Source of the DNA: Macrostomum lignano
Taxonomy: Eukaryota
Length of the DNA stretch: 31,851 nucleotides
Direction: 5' to 3'
Assembly (NCBI GenBank): GCA_002269645.1
Contig: NIVC01004906.1
Location: 1-31,851 of the forward strand
Position 1 is the first letter of the stretch, and every line of letters starts with the position of its first letter. The notes beneath the pieces are model-generated. The model was not told where the DNA came from, searched no databases, and was given only the letters and a program-made list of their open reading frames with translations. Both the position numbers and the translations under genes were made by a program. Shown here in pieces: positions 30,166-31,851 of this stretch.

Positions 30166-31851
30166 CAAGAGCTATAAATACTTATCACATTTTAAAGTGA
30201 TTTAGGTGACTTATTTATGAGAAAGTATATGGTTCCAAGTGTGAACCTATTAAATATATAATTTATCTATAGAGCACTTGGCAAAATGTTGATACTCATA
30301 CCATGGACTTGCAAAAAATACAAAAAAACAAAAAATAATTCCATCATACAGAATTTCACTTGTTAAAAAAATTCAACAAGCAATAGGGAGCTTCAAAATA
30401 ATTGTAAAGTGTACTGTTATATTGTATTCAAAGTATTGATGCACATAAAAGTTGCAACTTAACAAATTATTCAGATGATCACAGGCAGAAAAAATGCAAG
30501 ACAAAGAAAAAGCAGCATAAAAAATGGACAATTATATAGCTAACAAATCTTCATTGTTTTCAGCAGGTTTTTTAAATGTAGATGATGACATTTATAGATG
30601 GTAGCTGAAATGGAAATTTAAGTGAATATGAATAATTATATTTCACAAAAAATTAAACCATGTAAATTCTACCCAGGTAATAGTTCTTAATCTAAAGAAA
30701 TGCTAATTAAATGCACTTTATAATATAATTACTATTTTGAGACTAATAGCAGTCTTTTTTAATGTAATAAATAAGTCTAAATATTTTTATAGAGATATTA
30801 TAAAATATAGAAAGTATTGAAATCTAAATATATTCCAAACAAAAATATTACTTTGCTTTTCAATAAAAATTTAATTTAGGCCTTGTCCTTAATAGACCAA
30901 TAATATAACATAGTTTATAAATATACTTAAATATTTTTTATTATAAATTGCTTAATTTTCTGATCTTAAAATCTAAATCATCAAATATACTAAAATAAAA
31001 GTATTCTATAAACAAAAAATAAAATTTTAAGTCTAAATACTTCTAGGCGTATAATTAAAAACTAACTAGGCTTATATTATATTTCTAATAAGCTAAAGAC
31101 AATTTATTAGACTGATTATAATTATAATTGGGCCTAATCAACAGATATTCTAAGACTTAATAAAACAATATTATTACTACTAATCTATTATCAATAAAAG
31201 TCAAAAATTTGCAATCAAAATTAATAACATAGCCTGGATAATTCTAGTCCAGCTGTCTAAAATTAAAAAAAAGTATTTTTACTCTATTTTTGTACTCTGA
31301 AGACATCTTGTATTTTACAATGAATTAAATCTGAACTGAAGATTAAAAACAGAAGCTAAAAGGCAAAACTGTAAACAAGGTCAAGGTTAGATAAGGGAGG
31401 CCAGATGATTTTTCCTATATATATACTAACCATTATGCAGATCAAGACAATAATTCTTAAGTCACAACTCACAAAAGTCAGTTTTAAATTTTATCTATAT
31501 TTATATTCTGAGTCAGTATCAGTATTATACTAAGCCCATATGACTATAATATTAGCTTCTAAAAAAAACTAGTTAAAGATCTAGTTAAAGAAGCCAAGAA
31601 GGCAGGCCTATGCCTATAGGGCATAGTGGGTAGCTGGCCTACTGGGCCATATAAAATGTCAATTACAATAACTATAGTCAGCCAATTGTTGAGCGACAAG
31701 GTATATCAACTACTATATGAAATAAAATCGGCAACAAAATAATTGCTAAAAGGCCTATCTAACTAAAGCCTAAGTTTGAAAAGAAAGATAAAAGGACAAT
31801 TTTACACAAACCTATGCAAAAGCGAAAATTAGAATTTTCGTTTCGAATTTT

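Noticed and set aside
31389-31420. AG|ATAAGGGAGGC as eIF1A exon 2
   Set aside because: It would give DKGGQMIF, not GKGGKNRRRGKN.
31823-31840. CGAAAATT-AG-AATTTTCG hairpin at the window edge
   Set aside because: Short, AT-rich and truncated by the window; no context to interpret it.

Overview
This is eukaryotic (animal, invertebrate-like) genomic DNA with spliceosomal introns. A flatworm such as Macrostomum is only a guess from gene style and the minisatellite-filled introns. At 1-11.8 kb there are three head-to-tail minus-strand host genes: BRF1 (TFIIIB subunit, exons 1-4, running off the left edge), CCDC51/MITOK (2 exons) and a low-complexity orphan ORF. Almost every intron and spacer there is filled by its own, different minisatellite. 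At 12-17.5 kb there is AT/TpA-rich decayed TE DNA with a MULE transposase relic and a spliced Crypton-like (tyrosine recombinase/DUF3504-type) fragment next to a 93-nt hairpin. At 18026-27517 there is a full-length, mutated Ty3/gypsy LTR retrotransposon with ATAG TSD, tRNA-Leu PBS, gag, a -1 slippery site, pol, and an extra non-env ORF3 behind its own CCAAT/TATA promoter. At 28555 is the probable first coding exon of eIF1A (+ strand), followed by an intron with a 42-bp minisatellite. The most unusual signals are four: (i) recurrent short G/C-only inserts with TA duplication (TA-GGCC-TA type), two shown to be insertions by LTR-to-LTR comparison; (ii) TE-restricted C>T hypermutation at CpG and CpA; (iii) the independently promoted ORF3; (iv) LTRs carrying decayed copies of their own end+PBS junction at 52-bp spacing. 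All alignments, counts and homology calls were made by eye without tools. Several 1-nt indels in host genes suggest assembly errors.
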